Below, piece after piece: positions 25,863 through 33,695 of a DNA stretch of 64,000 bases. The DNA is from Gemmatimonadaceae bacterium. Lineage in GTDB: Bacteria > Gemmatimonadota > Gemmatimonadetes > Gemmatimonadales > Gemmatimonadaceae. Position 1 is the stretch's first letter. Each line of letters begins with the position of its first letter. The notes under the pieces are model-generated. The model saw only the letters and a list, made by a program, of their open reading frames with translations. It searched no databases and was not told where the DNA came from. The stretch covers positions 14,941 to 78,940 of the forward strand of contig JBPCJJ010000062.1 of the NCBI GenBank assembly GCA_051005405.1, given 5' to 3'. The position numbers and the translations under genes are program-made.

Positions 25863-26261
25863 TTAAGCGACTGCCACTTCCAGGTGTGGTTGCTCGTTCC
25901 GCTTGGGCGTGTAAACCTGGATCTTCACGCTCTTGCCGAGCACCAGGTACCACTCTGTCAGCTTGTCATAAGTGATACTTGAAAGCTTGTTGTTCCAGAG
26001 AGCAGAGATGGTGGGTTGACTGGTGCCTAGACGTTTTGCCGCTTCCCGCTGACTCCAGCGCTTCTTCTCGATCAAATTCTTGATCCCAATCGCCAAGTCT
26101 GCTTTGGCCTTCCGCTCTTCGGCATCGGCAAAGCGTAGGTCAGCAAACACATTCCCACTGCTAAGCACGATGCTATTCTCATTGGCCTCATCAGCTCTAT
26201 CTATGGCCAGAGTCTTGATTCTCTTCGCGCTTTCGATGCGATTCTTCGTTCCGGCAGTCAT
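25863..26261 (-). CDS. XRE-family HTH antitoxin (HigA-like)
   Basis: GNVFADLRFADAEERKAKADLAIGIKNLIEKKRWSQREAAKRLGTSQPTISALWNNKL matches the antitoxin family that partners Gp49-like toxins. It lies 45 nt downstream of the toxin gene. Confidence 0.8.
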   Translation of the reverse strand: MTAGTKNRIESAKRIKTLAIDRADEANENSIVLSSGNVFADLRFADAEERKAKADLAIGIKNLIEKKRWSQREAAKRLGTSQPTISALWNNKLSSITYDKLTEWYLVLGKSVKIQVYTPKRNEQPHLEVAVA

Positions 26262-26306
26262 TGCTCTCTATCCATGGTAGGCGGGTTGGTTTTCCGGTCC
26301 GAACTG

Positions 26307-26729
26307 TTAATAGTCCGAACGGTTTTTGTAGTTGGCTCGCGCGACTTTCAGCCGAGCGCGTATTCTGTCTAAGTCCTCTGCCGGTGTCGCGATTCCCGAC
26401 TTGGATCTTTTCTGGAAGGAACCCAGTACGTAAACCACGCCTTTCATTTTCACCGTGTACATCGTTCTGTAGGTTCCGCTTTTATCGTTCCCGATTATCT
26501 CCTCCACATCGCGGAGGTCGCCTTTCATCGACTTTGAGTTCGCCGGCCTTCGGCCCTGCTGTGCTTCGCTCAGCGCGTGTCCGAATACATCTCTTAGATC
26601 TTCCGAGAGCGCATTCAATTCCTTGTAAGCGCGACCTACCCAAACCAGTTCTTTCTCTTTCTCCACTGCTTTCGCCCTCGCGGTACTGCCCACGAATAGA
26701 TCGTCCGAAGATACAGGATTTAGTATCAC
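26307..26729 (-). CDS. RelE/ParE-superfamily toxin, phage Gp49-like (DUF891)
   Basis: ELVWVGRAYKELNALSEDLRDVFGHALSEAQQG ... GTYRTMYTVKMKGVVYVLGSFQKRSKSGIATPAEDLDRIRARLK has the family's characteristic layout. GTG start. Toxin-first order, as in HigBA. Confidence 0.8.
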   Translation of the reverse strand: MILNPVSSDDLFVGSTARAKAVEKEKELVWVGRAYKELNALSEDLRDVFGHALSEAQQGRRPANSKSMKGDLRDVEEIIGNDKSGTYRTMYTVKMKGVVYVLGSFQKRSKSGIATPAEDLDRIRARLKVARANYKNRSDY

Positions 26730-27016
26730 CAGGCAAGGGGTGGGGGCAATTCATTCGCCCTACTTGGCTACCTCCGTTTGGGTGAGCTTTCCCTTCCAGA
26801 AGTACACACGGACCCCCAGTTGCAGGTCGCCTCAACCGCGAGCCCCAGTTTAGAGGTCTCGGGTATGGGAGTCGCGCACGGTGGGTAAATCCGTGGGTAA
26901 ATCTGCTGGCAAAGGGATGCAACGAAATGCACCGTCTCCACGGCCTTGAATAGCTAAATGGCCGATTTCACAGCCGCGTACACGCGTTGGCAACATTTGC
27001 AACGCCACATCATCGT

Positions 27017-27061
27017 TCTGCAAAACCGCTATTCGCCGGTTCGATTCCGGCCCGCGCCTCT
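27017..27061 (+). repeat. attR-like copy of the 45-bp direct repeat (tRNA-Cys 3' half only)
   Basis: Identical to 25694-25738. The sequence 5' of it cannot complete a tRNA. Confidence 0.9.
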
Positions 27062-27236
27062 CGTAGTGCCCAACTGGGCTAGCGCCCAGCGTCCGACCTC
27101 TTCGTCGATTTAGTCGTCCCGCTCCCCCCGCGCGAACCGAAAGTCGCAGGGCGTGTTCGGTCCCGGACCGAGGTCGCGACTGGTGTGCTGTTTGCATCGC
27201 GCCCCCTGGTAGTCCCCCCTAACGGTTCATGACAAC

Positions 27237-27713
27237 ATGCAAACGGACAGCCTTACAGATGCGCAGTTGAAGGATCAGATCTGTCGTGCGTTCGGCCTCG
27301 AGCGCGACTCCATGGAGACTGTCTCGGCACGGGCCTTCGATTTGCTCCCCGGGCGCGATCTGATCGTCTGGGAGGGGGATGCCCAAACATTCCAGTTCTC
27401 CTTTGTCAGCGATTCGGCCAGGACCATCCTTGGATACCCGCTGGAGCGTTGGACCACCGAGCCGACTTTCTGGGCTGACACGGTGGTTCATCCCGATGAC
27501 CGGAGCGAAGCGATTGCTTTCTGTGCGCTCGCGACGGGCCGTTGCCGCGACCATGACTTCGTGTATCGCGCGATCGCTGCGGATGGGCGCACGGTTGTTC
27601 TCCATGATGTCGTCAAGGTCATCATCGGGACCAGAGGAGTCGCAAGCAGGCTCCGGGGGATCATGCTCGACGTCACGGACGAACAGAACGAATTCGCCAC
27701 CGGCGCCGGGTAA
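27237..27713 (+). CDS. Stand-alone PAS-domain protein
   Basis: 158 aa. FSFVSDSARTILGYPLERWTTEPTFWADTVVHPDDR ... HDFVYRAIAADGRTVVLHDVV is a PAS-fold pattern. There is no output domain. Confidence 0.6.
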   Translation: MQTDSLTDAQLKDQICRAFGLERDSMETVSARAFDLLPGRDLIVWEGDAQTFQFSFVSDSARTILGYPLERWTTEPTFWADTVVHPDDRSEAIAFCALATGRCRDHDFVYRAIAADGRTVVLHDVVKVIIGTRGVASRLRGIMLDVTDEQNEFATGAG

Positions 27714-27748
27714 CCGCTCATCGAACAGCGACCGCCCGATAGATAATC

Positions 27749-29287
27749 GTGCAGACTTTTCAATCGGACATCGAAGACCTGTTTCGGCAGGCTCCGATCT
27801 TTTTCGCGGTGCTCCGTGGTCCCACCTATGTGTTCGAGCGCGCCAATGACGCTTACCTACAGATCATCGGGCACCGGGACATTCTCGGCAAACCGCTGCT
27901 GGAAGCGCTACCCGAAATTGCGGGCCAGGGATTTGTCGAGCTGCTCGACGAAGTAATCGATACTGGAAAGCCTTTTATCGCGCGCGGCATGCCCGCGTCC
28001 GTGCAGAGATCTGCCGGGGCGCCGCCTGAGGAGGTGTGGGTCGATTTCGTATTTCAGCCCCTTCGCGCCGAGAATGGCACTGTCGATGGCGTGATTGTGG
28101 TTGGATCCGACGTCACCAAGCAATTCATCGCCGTCAGGGAGGCGGAAGCAAAGGCTCGCGCGCTCGCGGCTAGCGAGGAGCAGTTAGTGACCGCCGTTAA
28201 TTCCATTCCGACATTGGCCTGGATGGCCAATGCAGACGGGTGGATCTTCTGGTACAACGCGCGATGGTACCAGTACACTGGCACGACCCCGGAGGCCATG
28301 GAAGGCTGGGGCTGGCAGTCGGTTCATGATCCCGAAATTCTGCCATCGGTGCTCGAGCGATGGACGCTGTCGATCGCGACGGGGGAGCCGTTCGAAATGG
28401 AGTTTCCCCTACGGAGTTCCTCGGGCGAATTTCGTTGGTTTCTGACGCGGGTTTCTCCGCTATTCGGTGCCAACGGGGAGATCGTACGCTGGTTCGGAAC
28501 CAACACCGACGTGCATAGCCAGCGGGAGGCGGCGGATGCCGCGAAGGCGGCGAATCAAGCCAAGTCCAACTTCCTCGCAGCCATGAGCCACGAAACGCGT
28601 CAGCCCATCAACGCAACGCTCGGTTTCGTCGAAGTCCTCGAGATGGAGATGTACGGCCCGCTCAATGAGGAACAGAAGAAGGCGCTCGCCCGCATTCGTC
28701 TGAACCAGGAGCAGCTGCGTACAGTCGTTACCGATGTGCTCTCGTTCGCCCGATTGGAGGTGGGTCAAGTTCAATTGCAGCACGAGATGCTTCAATGCCA
28801 TGACCTCCTTGCAGACATCCCCTCGCTGACCGAACCCCAGATGGCCGCCCGGCAGGTCAGCATGCGGGTGGAACTTTGTGATGAGACGCTCATTGCGCGG
28901 GGTGACAGGAATCGTGTGCTGCAGATCTGCACGAACCTGCTGACCAACGCTCTCCGCGCGAGCGAAAATGGCGGAGTAATTACGATGCGTTGCCGTGCGA
29001 GAGATGAATGGGTAGACATTGAGGTCGAAGATGCTGGAACCGGTATCCCAGCGGACAAGCTGGAGCATATTTTCGAACCATTCGTGCAGCTGGATCGCGG
29101 CTTGAACAGGCCGCGGGAAGGCGTAGGTCTGGGCCTCGCGATCAGTCGCGACCTGGCGCGAGCAATGGGCGGCGAGCTCACGGTCAAGAGTGCCGAGGGC
29201 GAAGGGTCCACCTTCACGCTCTCCCTCCCGGGCTCCGCAACGCCAGGCGATGCAACCGCACCAGACTCCCAGCTGCGCGGGGCGTAG
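27749..29287 (+). CDS. Cytoplasmic PAS-PAS sensor histidine kinase
   Basis: Two PAS-like segments (including WMANADGWIFWYNARWYQYTG ... EFRWFLTRVSPL). H-box FLAAMSHETRQPINATLGF. HATPase motifs NLLTNALRA, DAGTGI, GVGLGLAISRDLARAMGG. No TM helix and no adjacent response regulator. Confidence 0.85.
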   Translation: MQTFQSDIEDLFRQAPIFFAVLRGPTYVFERANDAYLQIIGHRDILGKPLLEALPEIAGQGFVELLDEVIDTGKPFIARGMPASVQRSAGAPPEEVWVDFVFQPLRAENGTVDGVIVVGSDVTKQFIAVREAEAKARALAASEEQLVTAVNSIPTLAWMANADGWIFWYNARWYQYTGTTPEAMEGWGWQSVHDPEILPSVLERWTLSIATGEPFEMEFPLRSSSGEFRWFLTRVSPLFGANGEIVRWFGTNTDVHSQREAADAAKAANQAKSNFLAAMSHETRQPINATLGFVEVLEMEMYGPLNEEQKKALARIRLNQEQLRTVVTDVLSFARLEVGQVQLQHEMLQCHDLLADIPSLTEPQMAARQVSMRVELCDETLIARGDRNRVLQICTNLLTNALRASENGGVITMRCRARDEWVDIEVEDAGTGIPADKLEHIFEPFVQLDRGLNRPREGVGLGLAISRDLARAMGGELTVKSAEGEGSTFTLSLPGSATPGDATAPDSQLRGA

Positions 29288-29362
29288 TTACTGCAGGGTA
29301 GCCCTGACGTTCGGAAGAAGCAGGTTCACGCGCAGGTAGCTGCGCGCGAAATGAGCGAAAAG

Positions 29363-29400
29363 AAAGAGCCCCCGCAACCGATTGGCTGCGGGGGCTCTTT
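29363..29400. terminator. Bidirectional hairpin terminator between convergent genes
   Basis: 14-bp perfect stem AAAGAGCCCCCGCA/TGCGGGGGCTCTTT with a 10-nt loop. On the minus strand it is followed by TTTCTTTTCGCTCATTT and sits 13 nt after the nuclease stop. Confidence 0.65.
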
Positions 29401-29413
29401 CGTGCTGCTGCCG

Positions 29414-32404
29414 TTATGAAGCTGCCTGAATGATCCTGGTTACCGCAGCGCGAATCGCAGCGGTATCGGCCGCCGAGAGACGCCCTGACCGTTCCATCGC
29501 GTCGAGCTCGTGGAGGAAAGCCTCGAGCTGGTTGACTGCGGTAGCGGGGTTCCCGCGAGCGAACGAAGCTTGCGCGGCGTTCAGCTTCACCTGCAGCGAG
29601 TTCGCCTCGCCGCGATTGAGCTTGCCCGCGGCGGCCAGCTGGCCGACCATCGCGCCGGCGCTGCCCGTAGCCTGGCTCCACGTGGCCACCGTCGCCGTCG
29701 TCTGGACGGTGTCGGAAAGCGCGCGCGTATCCGTCACGATCAGGCGGACGGTGAAGGTGCCACCGCTGGTGTACGTGTGTGAGACGTTGACACCTGTGCC
29801 CGTACCGCCGTCGCCAAAGCGCCAGGCGTAGGTCAGCGCGTCTCCGTCCGCATCGCTGGACATAGCCGCGCTCATGTTCACAGACTCTCCTTCGATCGCC
29901 GTGTACGGACCATCTACAGCCGCGACCGGGGGCACGGTGTTGCTCTCGACCGCGATCTCGATGTCGTCACGCAGGAGCGCGAGAAGGTCGTAGCCGGAGA
30001 GCGCTTCCACTTGGTCCACCGTGCGCTTGTACGTTTGCCACGGCACGTTTCGGATGCCGGCCTCGTTCGGCATGATGACGGCGATTACTTCCAGGTCATG
30101 TCGGCTGTTCACGTGCGCGAGTCCCTTATCACGCGGCATGATCACGGCGACCTTCCACGTGTGCTCGGGGATCACCATCTTCCCTTCGTTCTTGATGGTG
30201 CCCTTGTTCCCTGCGGGACCGGCAATGACGTACACTTCCTTGTTCTGGAAGCGCGCCAGATTTCCGAGGTAATTCTCCATCTGCGCCCACGGCCCCTGAT
30301 TGTTGTCGGCGGCCTGCGGGATGATGTTGCTGAAGTAGTACGTGTGCGCGTTGTCGAGGCTTCCCGCAGTCCGGTCGAACGACCGCGCGAGGTGGCCGCG
30401 GTCGATTCCGTAGCCGTGGAACGCGCCGGCGCCCGTGTAGTCCGCGGTCGAGTACCGGCCGGCCGCCGGCAGCTCGGGATCGTACGTGAAGCAGTCACAC
30501 CGGTCCTGCGGGCCGAAGTGCGACGCGTCGATCTCGTACGCCACCCAGTTCGGGATCCCGGTGGTCGGGTTGAACGAAGTGATGAGCTGATTCCGACGGA
30601 TGATGAACTCATCCGCGGGCGTCGCGTCCGTCGGCTCACCGAACTCGGCGTTCCCCTCGTAGCTCGCGGTCGTGCTGGCCGTCGCCACGTGCGTGGGCAG
30701 CGAGTAGCGCCGCGTCGTGCCGTCCTCGGCGGTAGCCCGCACCACGGCGGTCCCCGCCGAGAGCGCGCGCATCACGCCTTTCTGATCGATGCTCGCGATG
30801 GCCGGCGTCTCGGACGACCAGGTCCACGTCGTCGGGACCGTGCTGCCCGATCCGTTCCGCAGCGTCGCGAACAGCTGGTCCTCGAAGCCGACCGGCAGCG
30901 GAGGATCGGACGGCACGCGGCCGGAGAAGGAGATGCTGTTGGGGAACGGCGGCGGCGTCACCCCGGTGCCGTTGCACACGCCGAAGCTCGCTGCGTCGCT
31001 CGCCCAGCTCGTGCCCACAGAGTTGCGCTGGAGCGACTGTCCGACCGGCGCCGACGTCTGCGAGACGCCGATGTCCTTGGACGTCATCCCTTCGGCGGGG
31101 CCGTTGGTCGCGGTAAAGAGTCCCTCGTACGACAGGAACTCGACGACCGTGCCCGCGGCATCCACCAGCGCCATTCCGTCCGGCGAGCCGTTCTGCAATC
31201 CGTCCTGCGGGTACGTCACTACCAGAACGCCGCGGCCGCTGCACGCGGTGGTCGCCGGGATCAGCCCGTCGAACACGCGCTCCTCGCCGTACACGACACC
31301 GCCGTTGCCGTTGTATAGCAGGATCCGCCAGCCGGTCACGTCAGTCCCGGCGGGCCCCTCGATCTCGAGCGCTTCGCCGAAGTCGGTGCCGAAGTTGTCG
31401 TAGTGGATCTCCGAGAACCGAACCGCGGGCTGCGGCGCAGGCGCCTCTACGTGCAGCGTGGCCGAGCCGCTCTTGCCGCCGGCGGTGGCCGTGATCACGG
31501 CGTCGCCGACCTGTTCGCCCGTCGCGATGCCGGTCGAGCTCACGCTCGCGTTCGCGGTGGAGCTGCTCCACGTGAAGTCGGCCGCGATCTCCTGATCGGC
31601 GGCATCGTAGGCCTTTGCGGTGAACTGCGTACTGGAGCCGAGCTCTACCGTGGCTTCTTCGGGCGTGACGACAACGCGGTCGACTACCGCGACCCCACCA
31701 CCGCCGGCGCACGCCGAAACCGTGGTGCTGGAGTTGCGCGGCGCGGGCGTGCCGGTGGAGAAATCGTCGCTGTTGTCATTCGTGTCCGTGCAGCCGTTGT
31801 TCGCGCGGAATCCCGCGAGCGTCGTGCTGAGAGCCGGCGTGGCGCCGGACCCTTCGTAGAAGTTGGCGCTTCCGTATCCAACGAGATCGACGATGCGCGC
31901 GAGCTGCGTGGGCGTGCACGGGTTCGAGCCGCCGTTACAGCCGAGCGAGGTTGCCTGATCGGAGAGCGCAACCTTTCCCGCCCCGGCCGCCATCGCGATG
32001 GTACCCGTAGCATCGGACGCCGGAAGCGGCGCTCCATTCGCTCCGCCGGCGAGCTTGACGAGGTAGTACTGCCCCGGCGCAACGGACCCGCTGAGCGCGA
32101 CGAGCTGGGAGGCGCTCGATCCAAAATTCCCGGTCCCGGTCGCGCTGGCGTACTGGACGGACCAGCCGGAGAGCGAGGCCGTGGCCGTGCCGGCGTTGAA
32201 CAGCTCGACATAGTCGGCGTTGAGGGTGGCGCCGCTGTTTCCGCCCGCCCCATAGAGCTGGCTGATCACCATCTTCGGCGCAGCCGGGGCGACGTTGAGC
32301 ATCGCCGGCACCGGGGATTTGGGATCCATGATCCCGTTCTCCGAGCACGACGAAATCGGAAGTACGACCGCGAGCAGGACAGCGCTTAGAGTCCGGATCC
32401 GCAT
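29414..32404 (-). CDS. Secreted multidomain DNA/RNA non-specific endonuclease (LTD - BIG2 - LTD - BIG2 - NUC - PKD - FIMAH-like)
   Basis: The ATG at 32404 gives the lipoprotein-type signal MRIRTLSAVLLAVVLPISSCS. There are two lamin-tail-like segments (ISQLYGAGGNSG...YVELFN...GWSVQY and VRFSEIHYDN...ALEIEG...GWRILLYNG) and two BIG2-like segments. The beta-beta-alpha-Me nuclease core is DRGHLARS ... NIIPQAADNNQGPW. The PKD segment is YAWRFGDGGTGTG...HTYTSGGTFTVRLIVTD. The C-terminus is helical. Confidence 0.8.
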   Translation of the reverse strand: MRIRTLSAVLLAVVLPISSCSENGIMDPKSPVPAMLNVAPAAPKMVISQLYGAGGNSGATLNADYVELFNAGTATASLSGWSVQYASATGTGNFGSSASQLVALSGSVAPGQYYLVKLAGGANGAPLPASDATGTIAMAAGAGKVALSDQATSLGCNGGSNPCTPTQLARIVDLVGYGSANFYEGSGATPALSTTLAGFRANNGCTDTNDNSDDFSTGTPAPRNSSTTVSACAGGGGVAVVDRVVVTPEEATVELGSSTQFTAKAYDAADQEIAADFTWSSSTANASVSSTGIATGEQVGDAVITATAGGKSGSATLHVEAPAPQPAVRFSEIHYDNFGTDFGEALEIEGPAGTDVTGWRILLYNGNGGVVYGEERVFDGLIPATTACSGRGVLVVTYPQDGLQNGSPDGMALVDAAGTVVEFLSYEGLFTATNGPAEGMTSKDIGVSQTSAPVGQSLQRNSVGTSWASDAASFGVCNGTGVTPPPFPNSISFSGRVPSDPPLPVGFEDQLFATLRNGSGSTVPTTWTWSSETPAIASIDQKGVMRALSAGTAVVRATAEDGTTRRYSLPTHVATASTTASYEGNAEFGEPTDATPADEFIIRRNQLITSFNPTTGIPNWVAYEIDASHFGPQDRCDCFTYDPELPAAGRYSTADYTGAGAFHGYGIDRGHLARSFDRTAGSLDNAHTYYFSNIIPQAADNNQGPWAQMENYLGNLARFQNKEVYVIAGPAGNKGTIKNEGKMVIPEHTWKVAVIMPRDKGLAHVNSRHDLEVIAVIMPNEAGIRNVPWQTYKRTVDQVEALSGYDLLALLRDDIEIAVESNTVPPVAAVDGPYTAIEGESVNMSAAMSSDADGDALTYAWRFGDGGTGTGVNVSHTYTSGGTFTVRLIVTDTRALSDTVQTTATVATWSQATGSAGAMVGQLAAAGKLNRGEANSLQVKLNAAQASFARGNPATAVNQLEAFLHELDAMERSGRLSAADTAAIRAAVTRIIQAAS

Positions 32405-32506
32405 GGAGTTTTTTGTAAGTGGGTGGAGGGCGAACACTCTACGGTAACCAACAAATATACATCCGTTTGTAACTTTCGGAATACACAACCCGTGCGCCCA
32501 CGGGAG

Positions 32507-33559
32507 CTAGTTTGGCGCCGAGCCGCCGAGAATGCGTTGGGCGACGCACATCGCCTTCAACTTCCCGAATGCGATCTGCCGGGGAAGATGGTTCATCCCG
32601 CACGTGCTGGTGATCAGCGTCTGCTCCGGGGCGAGCCACTTCAGCGCCGAGATTCGCTCGGCGATCACCTCGGGCTCTTCAACGGCCATGTCCTGCACGT
32701 TCACGGCGCCAACAGCCAGTTGGGTGTCCCCGAGCAGCCCTTCATACAGATGCGCCATGTCGCCCTCGACCATGAGCACGTCGCAATCGATGTCGGCGAT
32801 CATCTTTGCCGGATATCGACCCTCGAAATACCGGTGCCCGATCTGCCCGTCGTACTCCGGGCCTACTGCATAATTCCCCTGGCATACGTGCTGATGCATT
32901 GCCGCATGCTTGAGGCCCTCGGTGCACATGTTGACCGCCTCGACCGCCCAGCCCATCTCCTCGTCGTCCGCGAGCGCGAACAGCGGTTCGTCCACCTGGA
33001 TATGGCGGCAGCCCGCGGCCTCGAGATCCCGGAAGTTGCGGTTGATGACCTTCGCGAGGTCGAACATCATGCGCTTGAGGTCGTTGTAGTGCTCGTCGAA
33101 CGCGACCTTGGCGAGCATGTGCGGTCCCGTCATCGTGATCTTCACGGGCTTCTGCGCGAATTCGGACACCGCCTCAAACTCGGCCACGAGGCCGAGGTCG
33201 GCGTATTTGATGGGACCGGTACAGATCGACGCCGGGTGGAATACGTTCGAGTCGTTCACCGAGATTTTCTTCGGGCGCGTCTCCTGCGAGAAGCCGGGCA
33301 GCTTCTGCCAGAAAAAGTTCAGCATCGCGTTGGGCGGCGCATGCCGATTGTTCGTCCGCCGGTGCATCTCGCCGCCGGTAATGATGTCCATCCCGGCGGC
33401 CTGCTGATCCATGATCGCGGCCTGCGTGGCATGGAACTGCGCCGTCTCCATGTCTTCGGGACCGAGCACGCCCGCATCGATCTGCATCTCGATGATCTCG
33501 TAAAAGCGCGGAACGCTGTACGAGCCGACGACCGTCGTGGTGTATTTCGGGTAGTGCAT
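32507..33559 (-). CDS. MetE-like (cobalamin-independent methionine synthase C-terminal-domain family) protein
   Basis: TTVVGSYSVPRFY ... ITGGEMHR ... C-terminal TSTCGMNHL resembles the Zn-binding single-domain MetE/UROD-like family. I chose the ATG at 33559 (MHYPKY...). Confidence 0.55.
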   Translation of the reverse strand: MHYPKYTTTVVGSYSVPRFYEIIEMQIDAGVLGPEDMETAQFHATQAAIMDQQAAGMDIITGGEMHRRTNNRHAPPNAMLNFFWQKLPGFSQETRPKKISVNDSNVFHPASICTGPIKYADLGLVAEFEAVSEFAQKPVKITMTGPHMLAKVAFDEHYNDLKRMMFDLAKVINRNFRDLEAAGCRHIQVDEPLFALADDEEMGWAVEAVNMCTEGLKHAAMHQHVCQGNYAVGPEYDGQIGHRYFEGRYPAKMIADIDCDVLMVEGDMAHLYEGLLGDTQLAVGAVNVQDMAVEEPEVIAERISALKWLAPEQTLITSTCGMNHLPRQIAFGKLKAMCVAQRILGGSAPN

Positions 33560-33695
33560 CGCGCCCTCAGCAACGTTAGCCAGTGACGCCGAATATACCG
33601 ACCGCCACATCGTCGCGAAACAGATGGTCGGCGCCGCCGGACCGCCGCCCTGGAGCGGCGGCCGGGCAGTCACGGATAGCCGGTCTGGAGGCTTC

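Larger units (their letters stand above)
25694..27061. mobile_element. Degenerate tRNA-Cys-integrated genomic islet (about 1.3 kb) carrying a toxin-antitoxin pair; no integrase
   Basis: A 45-bp perfect direct repeat of the tRNA 3' half bounds the element. Hand-counted GC inside is about 48-52% (lines 25921-26040), against about 65% in the flanks (25201-25260). The only credible genes are the TA pair. Confidence 0.65.

Noticed and set aside
26730-27016. Integrase remnant in the non-coding arm of the tRNA-Cys islet (ORFs 26482..26922 and 26850..27197)
   Set aside because: I translated the gap on both strands and found no R..H..R..Y tyrosine-recombinase box or serine-recombinase motif. The listed ORFs overlap the toxin gene or the att repeat and have no recognisable domains. 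I therefore report the absence of an integrase rather than a pseudogene.
30011-32389. Long plus-strand ORFs (30011..31318, 31403..32389) opposite the nuclease gene
   Set aside because: They are antisense to a gene with a clear signal peptide and LTD, BIG2, NUC and PKD motifs. Their products are Arg/Val/Gly-rich shadows.
33560-33695. Possible riboswitch (SAM or cobalamin) in the 136-nt leader of the MetE-like gene
   Set aside because: I saw only a generic GC hairpin (CCGCCGC-N6-GCGGCGG), which may terminate the upstream gene. I could not identify any riboswitch core consensus by eye. An Infernal/Rfam scan would be needed to decide.
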